Shown: one piece after another, positions 9,318-19,322 of the stretch | Layout of the letters: every line of letters starts with the position of its first letter | How positions within the stretch are numbered: position 1 is the first letter of the stretch | DNA from: Candidatus Methylomirabilia bacterium | GTDB taxonomy: Bacteria; Methylomirabilota; Methylomirabilia; Rokubacteriales; CSP1-6 | NCBI GenBank assembly: GCA_046758965.1 | Contig: JBHIBG010000007.1 | Span: 1-64,000, forward strand | Reading direction: 5' to 3' | DNA: 64,000 nucleotides | Notes under the pieces: model-generated | The model's input: the letters and a program-made list of their open reading frames with translations, nothing else | The model's database searches: none | Told to the model about the DNA's origin: nothing | Translations under genes and position numbers: made by a program

Positions 9318-10448
9318 ATGGCGAGCCGGCTGTTCGGGATGATCGCCAAGGAGTTCATCCACCTCCGGCGAGACCCGCTCGCCGTGACGCTGGCGCTCTT
9401 CGTGCCGGTGGTGATGCTCTTCATCTTCGGCTGGGCCATCAACACCGACGTCAAGCACATCCCGACCGTGGTCTTCGACCAGTCTCGGAGCAGGGAGGCG
9501 CGCACGCTCCTGGAGGCGCTGGTCAACAGCCAGTACTTCGATCTTACCCACTGGGCACGCAGCTACGCCGAGGTCACCCGGCTGATCGATGAGGGGAAGG
9601 TCAAAGTCGGGATCGTGATTCCGCCGGACTACGCCCGGGACTTGGCCCGCCAGGCGGCGGCGATCCAGGTGATCGTGGACGCCTCCGATCCCCTGGTGGC
9701 GGCCTCGGCGATCAACTCCGCAACCTCGCTGGGGCTCCAGCGCTCCCTCCAGGTCCTCTCCAGGAACCTGGAAGGGACCGCGCTCCTCCGGCGAGTCGAC
9801 AAGCTGCCCGTGGACTTCCGGGTGCGCGCCTGGTACAATCCCGATCTGCTCAGCGCCTTCTTCATCGTCCCCGGGCTCATCGGCACCCTCCTGATGCAGA
9901 CCACCATTACCGCTATGGCGGTCGCCGTGGTCCGGGAGCGGGAGAAGGGAACACTGGAGACGCTCATCGTCAGCCCGATCCGGCGCTGGGAGTTGATGCT
10001 CGGGAAGATCATTCCCAACCTCGTGGTGGCCTATGGCCAGATGACGATGGCCCTCCTGGTGGCCCACTTCATCTTCGGCGTCCCGATCCGGGGGAGCCTG
10101 CCGTTGCTCTACGCCTTGTCGGCGGCCTTCATGTGGGGGACGCTCGGGATCGGGATCTTTGTCTCCACCGTGGCCAAGACCGTCCCCCAGGCCATGCAGC
10201 TCTCCTTCATGACTTTCCTGCCGTCGATCTACCTCTCGGGTCTCCTCTTCCCCATCGAGGGGATGCCGGAGGGGGCCCAGTATCTGGCGTCGATCATTCC
10301 GTTGACGTACTACCTCAGGATCGTCCGCGGCATCGTGCTGAAGGGGGTCGGGATTGGCTACCTCTGGCCCAACCTCCTCCCGCTCGTCGCCTTCGGCGCC
10401 GTCATCTTCACGCTGGCGGTGCTGCGCTTCCGGAAATCCTTGGATTGA
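9318..10448 (+). CDS. ABC-2 type exporter permease (YbhS/R-like)
   Basis: KEFIHLRRD, WYNPDL, REREKGTLETL, GKIIP, LSGLLFPIEGMP. Confidence 0.93.
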   Translation: MASRLFGMIAKEFIHLRRDPLAVTLALFVPVVMLFIFGWAINTDVKHIPTVVFDQSRSREARTLLEALVNSQYFDLTHWARSYAEVTRLIDEGKVKVGIVIPPDYARDLARQAAAIQVIVDASDPLVAASAINSATSLGLQRSLQVLSRNLEGTALLRRVDKLPVDFRVRAWYNPDLLSAFFIVPGLIGTLLMQTTITAMAVAVVREREKGTLETLIVSPIRRWELMLGKIIPNLVVAYGQMTMALLVAHFIFGVPIRGSLPLLYALSAAFMWGTLGIGIFVSTVAKTVPQAMQLSFMTFLPSIYLSGLLFPIEGMPEGAQYLASIIPLTYYLRIVRGIVLKGVGIGYLWPNLLPLVAFGAVIFTLAVLRFRKSLD

Positions 10449-10460
10449 GAGGTTCGGTGC

Positions 10461-11762
10461 ATGCGACAGCTCACGTGGATGCTCGCCTTCCTCCTGCTGG
10501 GAGCCGCCCCGGTCGGGGCGGCTCCCTTGCGCGCCCACCGCGAAGTTCTGCCCAATGGCCTCGTCCTTCTGGTTGCCGAGCGCCCCGCTATCCCCATCGT
10601 GGTGGTGCGCGCCTATGTGCGGGCCGGGTCGGCCTTCGACCCGCCGGACCATCCCGGCTTGGCCAACCTGACGGCTGGGCTTCTGACCCGTGGCACCGGC
10701 CAGCGCTCCGGCCCCGAGCTCGATGAGGCCATCGAATTTGTCGGCGGAAGCCTTGGCGCGAGCGCCGGGCGCGACGGCGTGACGCTCTCCCTCGCCGTGC
10801 TGAAGAAGGACCTCGCGCTCGGGCTCGACCTCCTGGCCGAGGTCCTGCTCGAGCCCGTCTTCCCGGAGGAGGAGCTCAGGAGAACGGTCAAGGAGATCCA
10901 GGCCGCGATCCGGGCTTCGGAGGATGACCCGGCCCGGGTGGCGGCGCGTGCGCTCGCCCGGCTCCTCTACCCGGGCCATCCCTACGAGCACCCGGTGGCG
11001 GGGAGTGAGGTCGCGGTCGGGAAGCTCACTCGCGACCAGGTGGTGGAGTTCTACCGGCGTCACTACCGGCCGGATGCCATGATCGTGACCGTGGTGGGGG
11101 ATGTCCGGCGCGGGGCGATCGTCAAGGAGCTGGCGGGGAGGTTCGGGCGCTGGGCGGTAGCCGGGGACGGCCCGCCCCAGGTGCCGCTCGCCCCGGCTGC
11201 TCCACCGGTCCGGGCCCGCACGGTCACCCGCGAGCTCACGCAGGCGACGGTCTATCTGGGGCGCCCGGGCATCGGGTGGAACCATCCGGACTACTATCCG
11301 CTTCGGGTTGCGAGCTACATCCTGGGAGGCGGCTCTGCCTCTCGGCTCTACACCGCGGTGCGAGACCAGGCAGGACTCGCCTACTCAGTCTGGAGCTACG
11401 TCGCCGCGCGACGCTACGGGGCCGTGCTGGTGGTGGGTCTCCAGACGCGGACTGAGGGGCTGGCCAAGGCACTTCAGCTCATCAGGGCAGAGATGGCCCG
11501 CATGGGCGAGGAGCCGGTCTCGGAGCAGGAGCTGGGCCTGGCTCAGGCCTACCTCACCGGGAGCTTTCCGCTCCGGATGGACACCTCCGGCGAGCTGGCG
11601 AACCTCCTCCTCACGGTGGAGGCGTTCGGCTTGGGCCTCGACTATCCCGACCGCTTCAAGGAGCAGGTGGAGCAGGTCACCGCGGCCGATATCGAGCGGG
11701 TGGCGAAGATCTACCTGGATCCGACCACCTTCTCGACCGTGAGCGTCGGGAAGCTGGACTGA
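10461..11762 (+). CDS. M16 peptidase family, non-catalytic subunit
   Basis: M16 fold motifs (LPNGL, RAGS, LGGG.SRLY.VR..GLAYSV) but HxxEH replaced by NLTAG; signal peptide present. Confidence 0.9.
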   Translation: MRQLTWMLAFLLLGAAPVGAAPLRAHREVLPNGLVLLVAERPAIPIVVVRAYVRAGSAFDPPDHPGLANLTAGLLTRGTGQRSGPELDEAIEFVGGSLGASAGRDGVTLSLAVLKKDLALGLDLLAEVLLEPVFPEEELRRTVKEIQAAIRASEDDPARVAARALARLLYPGHPYEHPVAGSEVAVGKLTRDQVVEFYRRHYRPDAMIVTVVGDVRRGAIVKELAGRFGRWAVAGDGPPQVPLAPAAPPVRARTVTRELTQATVYLGRPGIGWNHPDYYPLRVASYILGGGSASRLYTAVRDQAGLAYSVWSYVAARRYGAVLVVGLQTRTEGLAKALQLIRAEMARMGEEPVSEQELGLAQAYLTGSFPLRMDTSGELANLLLTVEAFGLGLDYPDRFKEQVEQVTAADIERVAKIYLDPTTFSTVSVGKLD

Positions 11763-11780
11763 GTGGTACAATTTGGTGCG

Positions 11781-12359
11781 ATGAACGTTTGGCTCATCGG
11801 CCTCGGATTCTTCCTCATCGGCCTTCTCGGGGGCGCCCCGCTCTCCGCGGCTTCCTTTTCGCTCACGCCCGGAGAGACGAGGGAGGCGCTCCGGGTGGGC
11901 CAGCGGAGCGTCGTCTCCAAAGAGTTCGGGAAGGAATGGCAGGTGGTGAACGAAAACGGGGACTCCCTCAGGGTCATGACCCCGTTCCACCGGCTGGCCC
12001 TCGGCGCCCGGAACGCGGCCTTCAAAAACGAGACCCTCACCGAGCGAGAGATCGAGAAGATTCTCCGGGCGAAGGAGGGGAGGCTCCTCTTCTGGGCCAA
12101 CCTCCACGGCGGCCGCACCGAGTTCGCCCGCTGGTATCGGCCGATGCTCCTGCTTCCCAACAACGAGGAGATCAAGCCGGCCTTCGTCCAGAATGAGCGG
12201 ACGGCCCTACCCCTCGAAAACGGGCGCTATCTGGCTCGCTGCCTCTACTCGTTTCCCACCGAGAGGCTTCGCGCGAAGAGCCGGGTCGTGCTCGTGGTTC
12301 GGGAGCCTGACGGCAGAGAGGCTGCGCGATTCACACTGGACTTTTCGACCATGCGGTAA
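11781..12359 (+). CDS. Hypothetical exported protein
   Basis: Hydrophobic signal-like N-terminus; extended -10 TGgTACAAT 8 nt before the ATG; host-like codon usage. Confidence 0.75.
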   Translation: MNVWLIGLGFFLIGLLGGAPLSAASFSLTPGETREALRVGQRSVVSKEFGKEWQVVNENGDSLRVMTPFHRLALGARNAAFKNETLTEREIEKILRAKEGRLLFWANLHGGRTEFARWYRPMLLLPNNEEIKPAFVQNERTALPLENGRYLARCLYSFPTERLRAKSRVVLVVREPDGREAARFTLDFSTMR

Positions 12360-12372
12360 GAAGGGGAGAGGA

Positions 12373-12879
12373 ATGGTGACCAAGGAGCGCTTCCAGCAGG
12401 GGATGACCTTTCAGCAGTACCTGGACCAGATGGGGACCAACAAGGAGAGATTCGTCCAGTTCCTCCGGGAGATCGCCATCACTCCCGAAGATCGAGAGGC
12501 GATGAAAAAGCTCTCGGGGAAGAAGCTCAATGTCCTGGTCATTACCGAGGACTGGTGCGGTGATGCGCTCTACAACGTCCCTGTTCTGGCCAAACTCATG
12601 GAAGGGCTCCCCAACGTGGAGATGCGCGTCTTCCTCCGGGACCAGAACCCGGACCTCATAAACCGCTATCTGAACCAGGGGCTGTACCGGTCGATTCCGG
12701 TCTTCGCCTTCTTCGACGAGAACATGAACGAGATCGCGCGCTTCATCGAGCGCCCTCCCAAGGTCACCGAGGTCCTCGAGCAGAAGATGCTCGAGGTGCG
12801 CCGGGCCTTCCGCAGCGAGCGCCTGGAAGAGTGGCGCCAGGCCGTTGTGGATGAGGTGCGCCAACTCCTCAGCGTCTAA
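12373..12879 (+). CDS. Thioredoxin-family protein (WCGD type)
   Basis: ITEDWCGDA, RDQNPDLI, SIPVF motifs; GGAGAGGA RBS. Confidence 0.85.
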   Translation: MVTKERFQQGMTFQQYLDQMGTNKERFVQFLREIAITPEDREAMKKLSGKKLNVLVITEDWCGDALYNVPVLAKLMEGLPNVEMRVFLRDQNPDLINRYLNQGLYRSIPVFAFFDENMNEIARFIERPPKVTEVLEQKMLEVRRAFRSERLEEWRQAVVDEVRQLLSV

Positions 12880-12888
12880 GGGAGAGCT

Positions 12889-13755
12889 GTGCCGGTCCAC
12901 GGGTGGATCGGCCTCGTCGGCGTCGGGCTGGCGGAGGCCCTCCTCGCTTCAGGGACCCGACTGGTGGGGGAGTGGTTTACCCCTCTCGTCTGGACCGGCT
13001 ACATCCTCCTTCTGGATGGTCTAATCGCCCGTTGGACAGGGCAATCCTACCTGACCACCCGCCGGGGAGAGCTGCTCCAAGTCGCCCTGGCCTCCGTGGG
13101 CTGCTGGTGGCTGTTCGAGTTCTACAATGCCCCCCGCTTCTGGCGCGGCGGGGAAGACCTCCTGGGCATCTGGTGGCACTACCACAGCCTTGAGTCTAGC
13201 CCTTACCTGCGCCGGGTGGGGTACGACTGGGCCTTCGCCACCATCTTCCCCGGGCTCTTCCTGACCGCGGAGGTGCTCAAGACCCGGGTTTTCAGTGGGC
13301 TCACCGGGCGCCGGCCGGTCCGGTTGCCCGCGTGGGCTGTCAAGCTCTCCGTCGTGCTTGGAGCGGTCTCGGCGCTGCTGCCGCTGGTCCTGGTCTCGAC
13401 CTGGCTTGCCCCGCTGGTCTGGGTCGCCTACCTGCTTCTGCTCGAGCCGATCAACTACTGGCGGGGGCGTCCCTCGTGGCTCAGAGAGGTGGAAGGGGGC
13501 GACTACCGCACGGTCGCCTCGCTCCTGGGGAGCGGGATCATCTGCGGCTTCCTCTGGGAGTTCTGGAACTACTGGGCGGTCTCCAGGTGGACCTATACAC
13601 TGCCCTACTGGGGCGAGGTCAAGCTCTTCGAGATGCCGCTCCTCGGCTACCTGGGGTTCCCGCTGTTCGCGCTGGAAGCCTTCGCGATGTATCACTTCCT
13701 GGCCTCGCTCCTCACGCCGAGACGATCCTGGTCGGGGGGAGAAATCAGGTCGTAG
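12889..13755 (+). CDS. Conserved hypothetical integral membrane protein
   Basis: Trp-rich, multiple TM segments, GFLWEFWNYW and FEMPLLGYLGFPLFALE motifs; GGAG RBS. Confidence 0.8.
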   Translation: MPVHGWIGLVGVGLAEALLASGTRLVGEWFTPLVWTGYILLLDGLIARWTGQSYLTTRRGELLQVALASVGCWWLFEFYNAPRFWRGGEDLLGIWWHYHSLESSPYLRRVGYDWAFATIFPGLFLTAEVLKTRVFSGLTGRRPVRLPAWAVKLSVVLGAVSALLPLVLVSTWLAPLVWVAYLLLLEPINYWRGRPSWLREVEGGDYRTVASLLGSGIICGFLWEFWNYWAVSRWTYTLPYWGEVKLFEMPLLGYLGFPLFALEAFAMYHFLASLLTPRRSWSGGEIRS

Positions 13756-13865
13756 AAACGGTTCCGAGCGGACGCAGACGGAGCGGTGCAAGGGTGGAGC
13801 CTTGCTGAGAACACGGTGGCTGTGGTAAAAACAAGGTGTCCTTCTTTTACTCTCCGGAGGAGACG

Positions 13866-14990
13866 ATGACGGCTGAGATCAAATTGGGTCTCGAAGATGT
13901 GGTGGTCTTGACCTCTGAGATCTGTTTCATTGATGGGCACCAGGGCCGGCTGATCTACCGGGGCTTCGATATCGACGATCTCGTTGCACACTCCACCTTT
14001 GAGGAGGTCGTTTACCTCCTGTGGTACGGCGCGCTCCCCTCGCGGAAGGAGCTGGACTCCCACCGGAGGGCCTTGATCCGGGCCAGGAAGCTCGCTCCCC
14101 GGGTGGTAGCGCTCCTGAGAACTCTGCCCAAGAAGACGACGCCGATGGAGGTGCTGCGCACGGGGGCCTCCGCCCTTGCGGCGTTCGATCCTGACGCGGC
14201 GGATAACTCCCGCGAGGCCTCACTCCGTAAGGCCGTTCGCCTCACCGCCCAGATGCCCACGTTGATGGCGGCCTGGGAGCGGATCCGTCGGGGCAAGGCA
14301 CCGGTTCCCCCGAACCCCCGCCTGAGCCACGCGGCGAACTTCCTCTACATGATCTCCGGGAAGAAGCCGACCGACCTGGCCGCCAAGACGTTTGACGTCG
14401 CGCTGATCCTCCACGCTGACCACGAGCTGAACGCCTCCACCTTTGCCGCACGGGTCACTGCAGCGACTCTCTCTGACCTGCACTCCGCGATCACCTCCGC
14501 CATCGGCGCCCTCAAGGGCCCCCTTCACGGCGGCGCCAACGAGCAGGTGATGCGCATGGTGGAGCAGGTCAAGGAGCCGGCCCGCGCAGAAGCCTGGATT
14601 CGGAAGGCGCTGGTCGACAAGATCCGCATCAGCGGCTTCGGCCACCGGGTCTACCGGGTGGAGGACCCGCGGGCCAAGCACCTCCGGCGCCTGGCCACGG
14701 AGCTCGGGCAGCAGGCGGGAAATAGCCGCGACGTGGAGATCCTCCAGACGGTGGCCCGGGTCGTCACCGAGGAGAAGCATATCTACCCCAACGTGGACCT
14801 CTACTCAGGGGCTTCCTACGCCAGCATGGGAATCGCGACGGACCAGTTTACTCCCATCTTCGCCATCAGCCGGGTTGCCGGCTGGGCGGCCCATGTCCTG
14901 GAGCAGCACGCCCACAACCGGCTCATCCGGCCCCGCGCCGAGTACACTGGAGCCACCAGCGCCACCTACGTGCCGGTCGACCAGCGATAA
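13866..14990 (+). CDS. gltA: Citrate synthase (or 2-methylcitrate synthase)
   Basis: LIYRG, LHADHELNASTF, GPLHGGANE, GFGHRVY, YPNVDLYS, RLIRPR. GGAGGAG RBS. Substrate specificity not resolved. Confidence 0.92.
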   Translation: MTAEIKLGLEDVVVLTSEICFIDGHQGRLIYRGFDIDDLVAHSTFEEVVYLLWYGALPSRKELDSHRRALIRARKLAPRVVALLRTLPKKTTPMEVLRTGASALAAFDPDAADNSREASLRKAVRLTAQMPTLMAAWERIRRGKAPVPPNPRLSHAANFLYMISGKKPTDLAAKTFDVALILHADHELNASTFAARVTAATLSDLHSAITSAIGALKGPLHGGANEQVMRMVEQVKEPARAEAWIRKALVDKIRISGFGHRVYRVEDPRAKHLRRLATELGQQAGNSRDVEILQTVARVVTEEKHIYPNVDLYSGASYASMGIATDQFTPIFAISRVAGWAAHVLEQHAHNRLIRPRAEYTGATSATYVPVDQR

Positions 14991-15019
14991 GCGTGGGGGG
15001 GCGCGTTCGGAGTTGGGGT

Positions 15020-15150
15020 GCTCGAGCGCCGGCGCCGCCGACGCAATCTCACGGGGGAGGTTCGGCACGTAAAGCGGCCTTGCCTCGGCGAGGCCGCGGA
15101 GAGCCCGAGTCGGGAGCGAGGAAAGGGGGACGGTAGTCTCCCTCCGAGCG
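15020..15150 (+). repeat. GC-rich palindromic dispersed repeat, copy A (intergenic)
   Basis: Shares GGAGGTTCGGCA (15056-15067) and CCTCCGAGCG (15141-15150) with the inverted copy at 19187-19240. Confidence 0.6.
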
Positions 15151-15152
15151 TT

Positions 15153-15992
15153 ATGACCAGGGTGAGCTTGGTGACGGTGGTCTTCAACCAGCTCCCGCTG
15201 ACCCGTCGTTGCCTCGAAAGCCTCCGTCCCACCACAATCCCCTTCGACCTCGTGGCGGTCGACAATGGCTCCACGGACGGAACCCGAGAGTTCTTCCAGT
15301 CGCTCCGTCATCCCTCCTCCGTCAGCTACCACCGGAACACGGAGAACCTGGGCCTGATCAAGGCCCTGAATCAGGGTTGGCGACTGGCCCGCGGGGAGTT
15401 CGTCTGCTTCCTTCACAACGACACAGAGGTCCGGGAGCCGCGGTGGCTGGAGCGGCTGGCGCAGGCGCTCGATGCCGATCCCTCAGTCGGGCTCGCCGGC
15501 CTCTACGGGGCGAGGCGGATCCGTGGGGACGGGCGTTATGTCGGCCGGACGATCGTGCACTGCCTGGCGGAGGCTCCCACGCTCCGGGGCCCGGTGGCCG
15601 AGGTGGCGGCGGTGGACGGGGTCTGTCTCTTCCTCCGGCGGGAGCTCTTGGAGCGGCTGGGCGGCTTCGACGAGGGCTATGGCTTCTTCCACGGCTATGA
15701 CAAGGACCTCTCGTTCGCGGTGCGCGAGACGGGCCGGCGGTGTGTCGTGGTCAACGCGCCTTTCGTCCACCACGGCGGTGGGACCAGGACGAATTTCTTC
15801 ACCGGGCTCGCCCGCGCCGGAGACGACCTCGCCCACCGACAGGAGGCGGGGGCCCGTTTTGCCGGCAAATGGGCCCACCGGCTCCCGTGTGATGTGAGGA
15901 GCCGGCTTGAGCGGGTGCGCGACTGGATTGCAGCCAGGCTCCGGGGCGGCGGAGCGGCATCTCTGGCCGCTTCCTCCCCCGAGCCCCGATGA
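15153..15992 (+). CDS. Glycosyltransferase family 2
   Basis: VDNGSTDGT, ENLGLIKALNQG, FLHND, GGFDEGY motifs. Confidence 0.9.
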   Translation: MTRVSLVTVVFNQLPLTRRCLESLRPTTIPFDLVAVDNGSTDGTREFFQSLRHPSSVSYHRNTENLGLIKALNQGWRLARGEFVCFLHNDTEVREPRWLERLAQALDADPSVGLAGLYGARRIRGDGRYVGRTIVHCLAEAPTLRGPVAEVAAVDGVCLFLRRELLERLGGFDEGYGFFHGYDKDLSFAVRETGRRCVVVNAPFVHHGGGTRTNFFTGLARAGDDLAHRQEAGARFAGKWAHRLPCDVRSRLERVRDWIAARLRGGGAASLAASSPEPR

Positions 15993-17167
15993 GCGACGAG
16001 CAGATGGATAAGGTCAGGATCGGCATGGTCGGCACCGGCTTTGCCGCGGATCTCCACGCGGGGAACTACCGGTTCCTCCGCGGGCAAAAGGTCGAGCTGA
16101 CCGCCGTGTGCGGCCGGGCCCGGGAGTCGACCGACCGCTTCGCCGAGCGCTTCAAGATTCCCCGGGTCTTCACGGACTACCGCGCGCTGGCCGAGTGTTC
16201 CGAGGTGGACTGCGTGGACATCTGTGTCCCCACGGCGCTGCATCATGAGGTGGCGATCGCGGCCGCCGCGGCCGGCAAGCATCTCATCGTCGAGAAGCCG
16301 CTGACAGGCTACTTCGGCGAGGGCGACGAGCCGAGGGAGCGGATGCTGGAGGGTGCCCTCAAGAATGCTGATGCGGTCTTGGACGCCGTCAAACGGGCCG
16401 GGGTGACCCTCTGCTACGCCGAGGACTTCGTCTATGCGCCCGCCGTGGGGAAGCTCAAGCGTCTGATCGCTGCCAGCGGGGGGACGGTCCTCGAGCTCCG
16501 AGCGGAGGAGAGCCATTCCGGCTCTCACGCGACTTACTCAGGGCGCTGGAAGACCTCTGGCGGCGGCTCCTTGCTGAGGATGGGGTCCCATCCGGTCGGG
16601 GTGGTCCTTCACCTCAAGCACTACGAAGGGCAGCTCAGAGAAGGCCGACCGATCCGGGCCCGATCTGTCCTGGCGGATGTGGGCCAGCTCACCCGGCTCC
16701 CTCGAGTGGCTGCCGAGCCCCGGAAGTGGATGCGCTCCGAGTGGGTGGACGTGGAGGACTGGTCCACCGCGGTGATCACCTTTGAGGACGGGACCAAAGC
16801 CACCATCCGGGCGAGTGACATCACCCTCGGCGGGATCAGGAACCAGCTGACGGCCTACCTCACCAACGCGGTGGTCGAGGTCAACATCAACCCCAATACG
16901 GCCATTCAGGCGTACACGCCCGATCCGGCCATCTTCAGGGACGAGTATCTCACCGAGAAGGTGGAGACCAAAGCGGGCTGGCAGTTTCCCAGCCCCGAGG
17001 AGGAATGGATGCGCGGCTTCCCCCAGGAGCTGGAGGACTTCGTGGATGCTCTTCGACAAGGCCGGGAGCCAGTCTCGGGCGCAGAGCTGGCTCGCGAAGT
17101 GGTCGAGGTGATCTACGCCGGTTACCTCTCAGCCGCCACCGCGCGCGGGGTCGATCTCTCGTGGTGA
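15989..17167 (+). CDS. Gfo/Idh/MocA family oxidoreductase
   Basis: GMVGTGFAA, DICVPTALH, GKHLIVEKP, GGGSLLRMGSH. Confidence 0.92.
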   Translation: MSDEQMDKVRIGMVGTGFAADLHAGNYRFLRGQKVELTAVCGRARESTDRFAERFKIPRVFTDYRALAECSEVDCVDICVPTALHHEVAIAAAAAGKHLIVEKPLTGYFGEGDEPRERMLEGALKNADAVLDAVKRAGVTLCYAEDFVYAPAVGKLKRLIAASGGTVLELRAEESHSGSHATYSGRWKTSGGGSLLRMGSHPVGVVLHLKHYEGQLREGRPIRARSVLADVGQLTRLPRVAAEPRKWMRSEWVDVEDWSTAVITFEDGTKATIRASDITLGGIRNQLTAYLTNAVVEVNINPNTAIQAYTPDPAIFRDEYLTEKVETKAGWQFPSPEEEWMRGFPQELEDFVDALRQGREPVSGAELAREVVEVIYAGYLSAATARGVDLSW

Positions 17168-18039
17168 TTCCTTTCGTCAAGGGCCACGGCCTCGGCAACG
17201 ATTACCTCGTGCTCCAGGGGAAGGACCTCGACTTCCGGCTGACCCCGGTCGCGGTTCAGCGCCTCTGCCACCGGAACTGGGGGATCGGGTCCGACGGTCT
17301 CCTGCTCCTGGTGGAGTCGGCGAAGGCGGACTTCGGTCTCAGGATCTTCAACCCGGATGGCAGCGAGGCCGAAAAGTCCGGCAACGGCCTCAGGATCTTT
17401 GCAAAGTACCTGTACGAGCACGGGCAGGCCAAGGGCCGCGTGTTTCGCGTGGAGACGCGGGGCGGCGTCGTGGGGTGCGAGTGTCACCTTGCCGGGGGCC
17501 GGGTTGACTCCGTCACGGTGGAGATGGGCCAGGCCACCTTCCGCGCGCCCGACATCCCCATGTACGGCCCCGACCGCGAGGTGGTCGCGGTCCCGCTGCA
17601 GGTCAACGACCACTTTTTCCGGGTGACCGCGCTGTCAGTGGGCAATCCGCACTGCGTGATCTTCTGCGAGAGACTCGATGAGGCGGAGGTCAGAGGCTTC
17701 GGCCCGCTGATCGAACATCACGCGGCCTTTCCGAATCGGACCAACGTCCAGTTCGCCCGCATCGAGGGGAGAGATCGGGTGTCGATCCTGATCTGGGAGC
17801 GTGGAGCCGGCTACACTCTGGCCTCGGGCTCCTCCTCGTGTGCGGTGGCCTCGGCGGCCGTGAAGAACGGACTCTGCGACCACGGGCCGGTCACGGTTGT
17901 GATGCCAGGGGGGGAGCTCGTCATCGAGGTGCGTCCCGACTGGTCACTCCGTCTTCAGGGGCCGGTGGAGGAGGTCTGCGTGGGTACGCTCTCCCCGGAT
18001 CTCGTGGCCGCGCTCAAGGGGGGCATGCCGATCCCCTGA
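17164..18039 (+). CDS. dapF: Diaminopimelate epimerase family protein (Ser/Ser active-site variant)
   Basis: KGHGLGNDY, GIGSDG, FNPDGSEAEKSGNGLR, GNPHCV, FPNRTNVQF, WERGAGYTLASGSS. GTGA overlap with the upstream stop. Confidence 0.88.
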   Translation: MIPFVKGHGLGNDYLVLQGKDLDFRLTPVAVQRLCHRNWGIGSDGLLLLVESAKADFGLRIFNPDGSEAEKSGNGLRIFAKYLYEHGQAKGRVFRVETRGGVVGCECHLAGGRVDSVTVEMGQATFRAPDIPMYGPDREVVAVPLQVNDHFFRVTALSVGNPHCVIFCERLDEAEVRGFGPLIEHHAAFPNRTNVQFARIEGRDRVSILIWERGAGYTLASGSSSCAVASAAVKNGLCDHGPVTVVMPGGELVIEVRPDWSLRLQGPVEEVCVGTLSPDLVAALKGGMPIP

Positions 18040-18134
18040 GAGTCACGCACGCGTCGTCACGCCGTCGCGGTCCTTTCAAGGTTCCGGCTCTTGCGCAGCC
18101 GTGTGGCGGGCGGTCCCTCGCGCTGAGAGGCGTC

Positions 18135-19322
18135 TCAGAGCCCGGATTTGTCGGCAAGCGCCAGGGCGGCTTCGGCGAGGGCCTCGACACGAGGGCCAAA
18201 GCCGGCGAATCGCTCGTCCCGGGTCTGGCCGCGCTTGTACCGGATGTAGATCTGCTGGACTACCACCGCGATCTTGTAGAGGGCAAAGATCTCGTAGAAG
18301 GCGATCCTGGAGATGTCACGCCCCGTCTTCTCCGCGTACCGCCGAATGATCTGCGCTCGCGTGTACCACCCGGGCTGGGCGGTGACCTGGGCTATCGACT
18401 CCTTCCGGGCGTACGGGTCTCCCTCTTCAGCCCAGTAGCAGAGGAGAAGCCCGAGGTCCACCAGGGGATCCCCGAGAGTGCACATCTCCCAGTCCAGCAC
18501 CGCGATCAGCCGGCCCGGATCCGCAGGGTCCAGCATCACGTTGTCCAGCTTGAAGTCGCCGTGGACCAACGCGGCCCCAGGCGGCTCAGGGATTCGCTCG
18601 GCGAGCCATCGGGCGAGTTGGCTAATGGTGGGCAGCTCGCGGTCCTTCGCGCGCTCCCAGCGCTCCACCCACCCCTTAACCTGTCGCTCCACGAAGCCCT
18701 CCGGTTTTCCCAGGGTCGCGAGCCCGGCGGCCACGTAGTCCACCGCGTGAAGCGCGACCAGCGTGTCCACCATCGCCTCGCTAACGCGGCGGCGGATCTC
18801 GAGAGCGCCTCCCCACTCAGCCGGCTCCTCCCGGCGCACCACGAGCCCCCGCCGTCGCTCCATCACGTAGAACGGGACGCCGATGACCGAGGGATCCTCG
18901 CAGAGCAGGTAGGGGCGCGGGGCAGGAGGGAACACGCGCCAGAGCCCGCCGAGGACCCGGTACTCCCGGCCCATGTCATGGGCCTTGGGGGCGACAGGGC
19001 CGAGCGGAGGCCGACGTATAACGAACTCCTGATCCCCGTAGCGAAGGAGGTAGGTGAGGTTCGAGTGGCCTCCCGGAAACTGCTCCACCACGAGTGGGCC
19101 CGTGGCCCCCTGGAGGCGGTCGCGCAGATAGCGGTCGAGGGCCGAGACGTCGAACCGCTCGTCAGGGCGGACGGGGGCCGTATCTTCGCTCGGAGGGGGG
19201 CTCGGCCCCCCTGCCGAACCTCCGCCCAGGGTGGCGCGGTCGAAGCTTGCGCCCGAACCGGCGGGCGTGGGGCTTCCCTCGACGGGGCTCGCAATGTGCT
19301 GGTCGGCGTGGGTGTTATCCAA
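18135..19322 (-). CDS. Phosphotransferase family protein (APH / ACAD10-11 kinase-like)
   Basis: [40 protein letters not shown]. Start uncertain (TTG 19322 chosen). Confidence 0.9.
   Translation of the reverse strand: MDNTHADQHIASPVEGSPTPAGSGASFDRATLGGGSAGGPSPPPSEDTAPVRPDERFDVSALDRYLRDRLQGATGPLVVEQFPGGHSNLTYLLRYGDQEFVIRRPPLGPVAPKAHDMGREYRVLGGLWRVFPPAPRPYLLCEDPSVIGVPFYVMERRRGLVVRREEPAEWGGALEIRRRVSEAMVDTLVALHAVDYVAAGLATLGKPEGFVERQVKGWVERWERAKDRELPTISQLARWLAERIPEPPGAALVHGDFKLDNVMLDPADPGRLIAVLDWEMCTLGDPLVDLGLLLCYWAEEGDPYARKESIAQVTAQPGWYTRAQIIRRYAEKTGRDISRIAFYEIFALYKIAVVVQQIYIRYKRGQTRDERFAGFGPRVEALAEAALALADKSGL
19187..19240 (-). repeat. GC-rich palindromic dispersed repeat, copy B (in the 5' end of the phosphotransferase ORF)
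   Basis: Hairpin CGGA-GGGGGG-CTCGG-CCCCCC-TGCCG; related to 15020-15150. Confidence 0.65.

Noticed and set aside
7280..11285. 748-aa and 716-aa minus-strand ORFs
   Set aside because: Antisense to well-supported ABC exporter and M16 genes.
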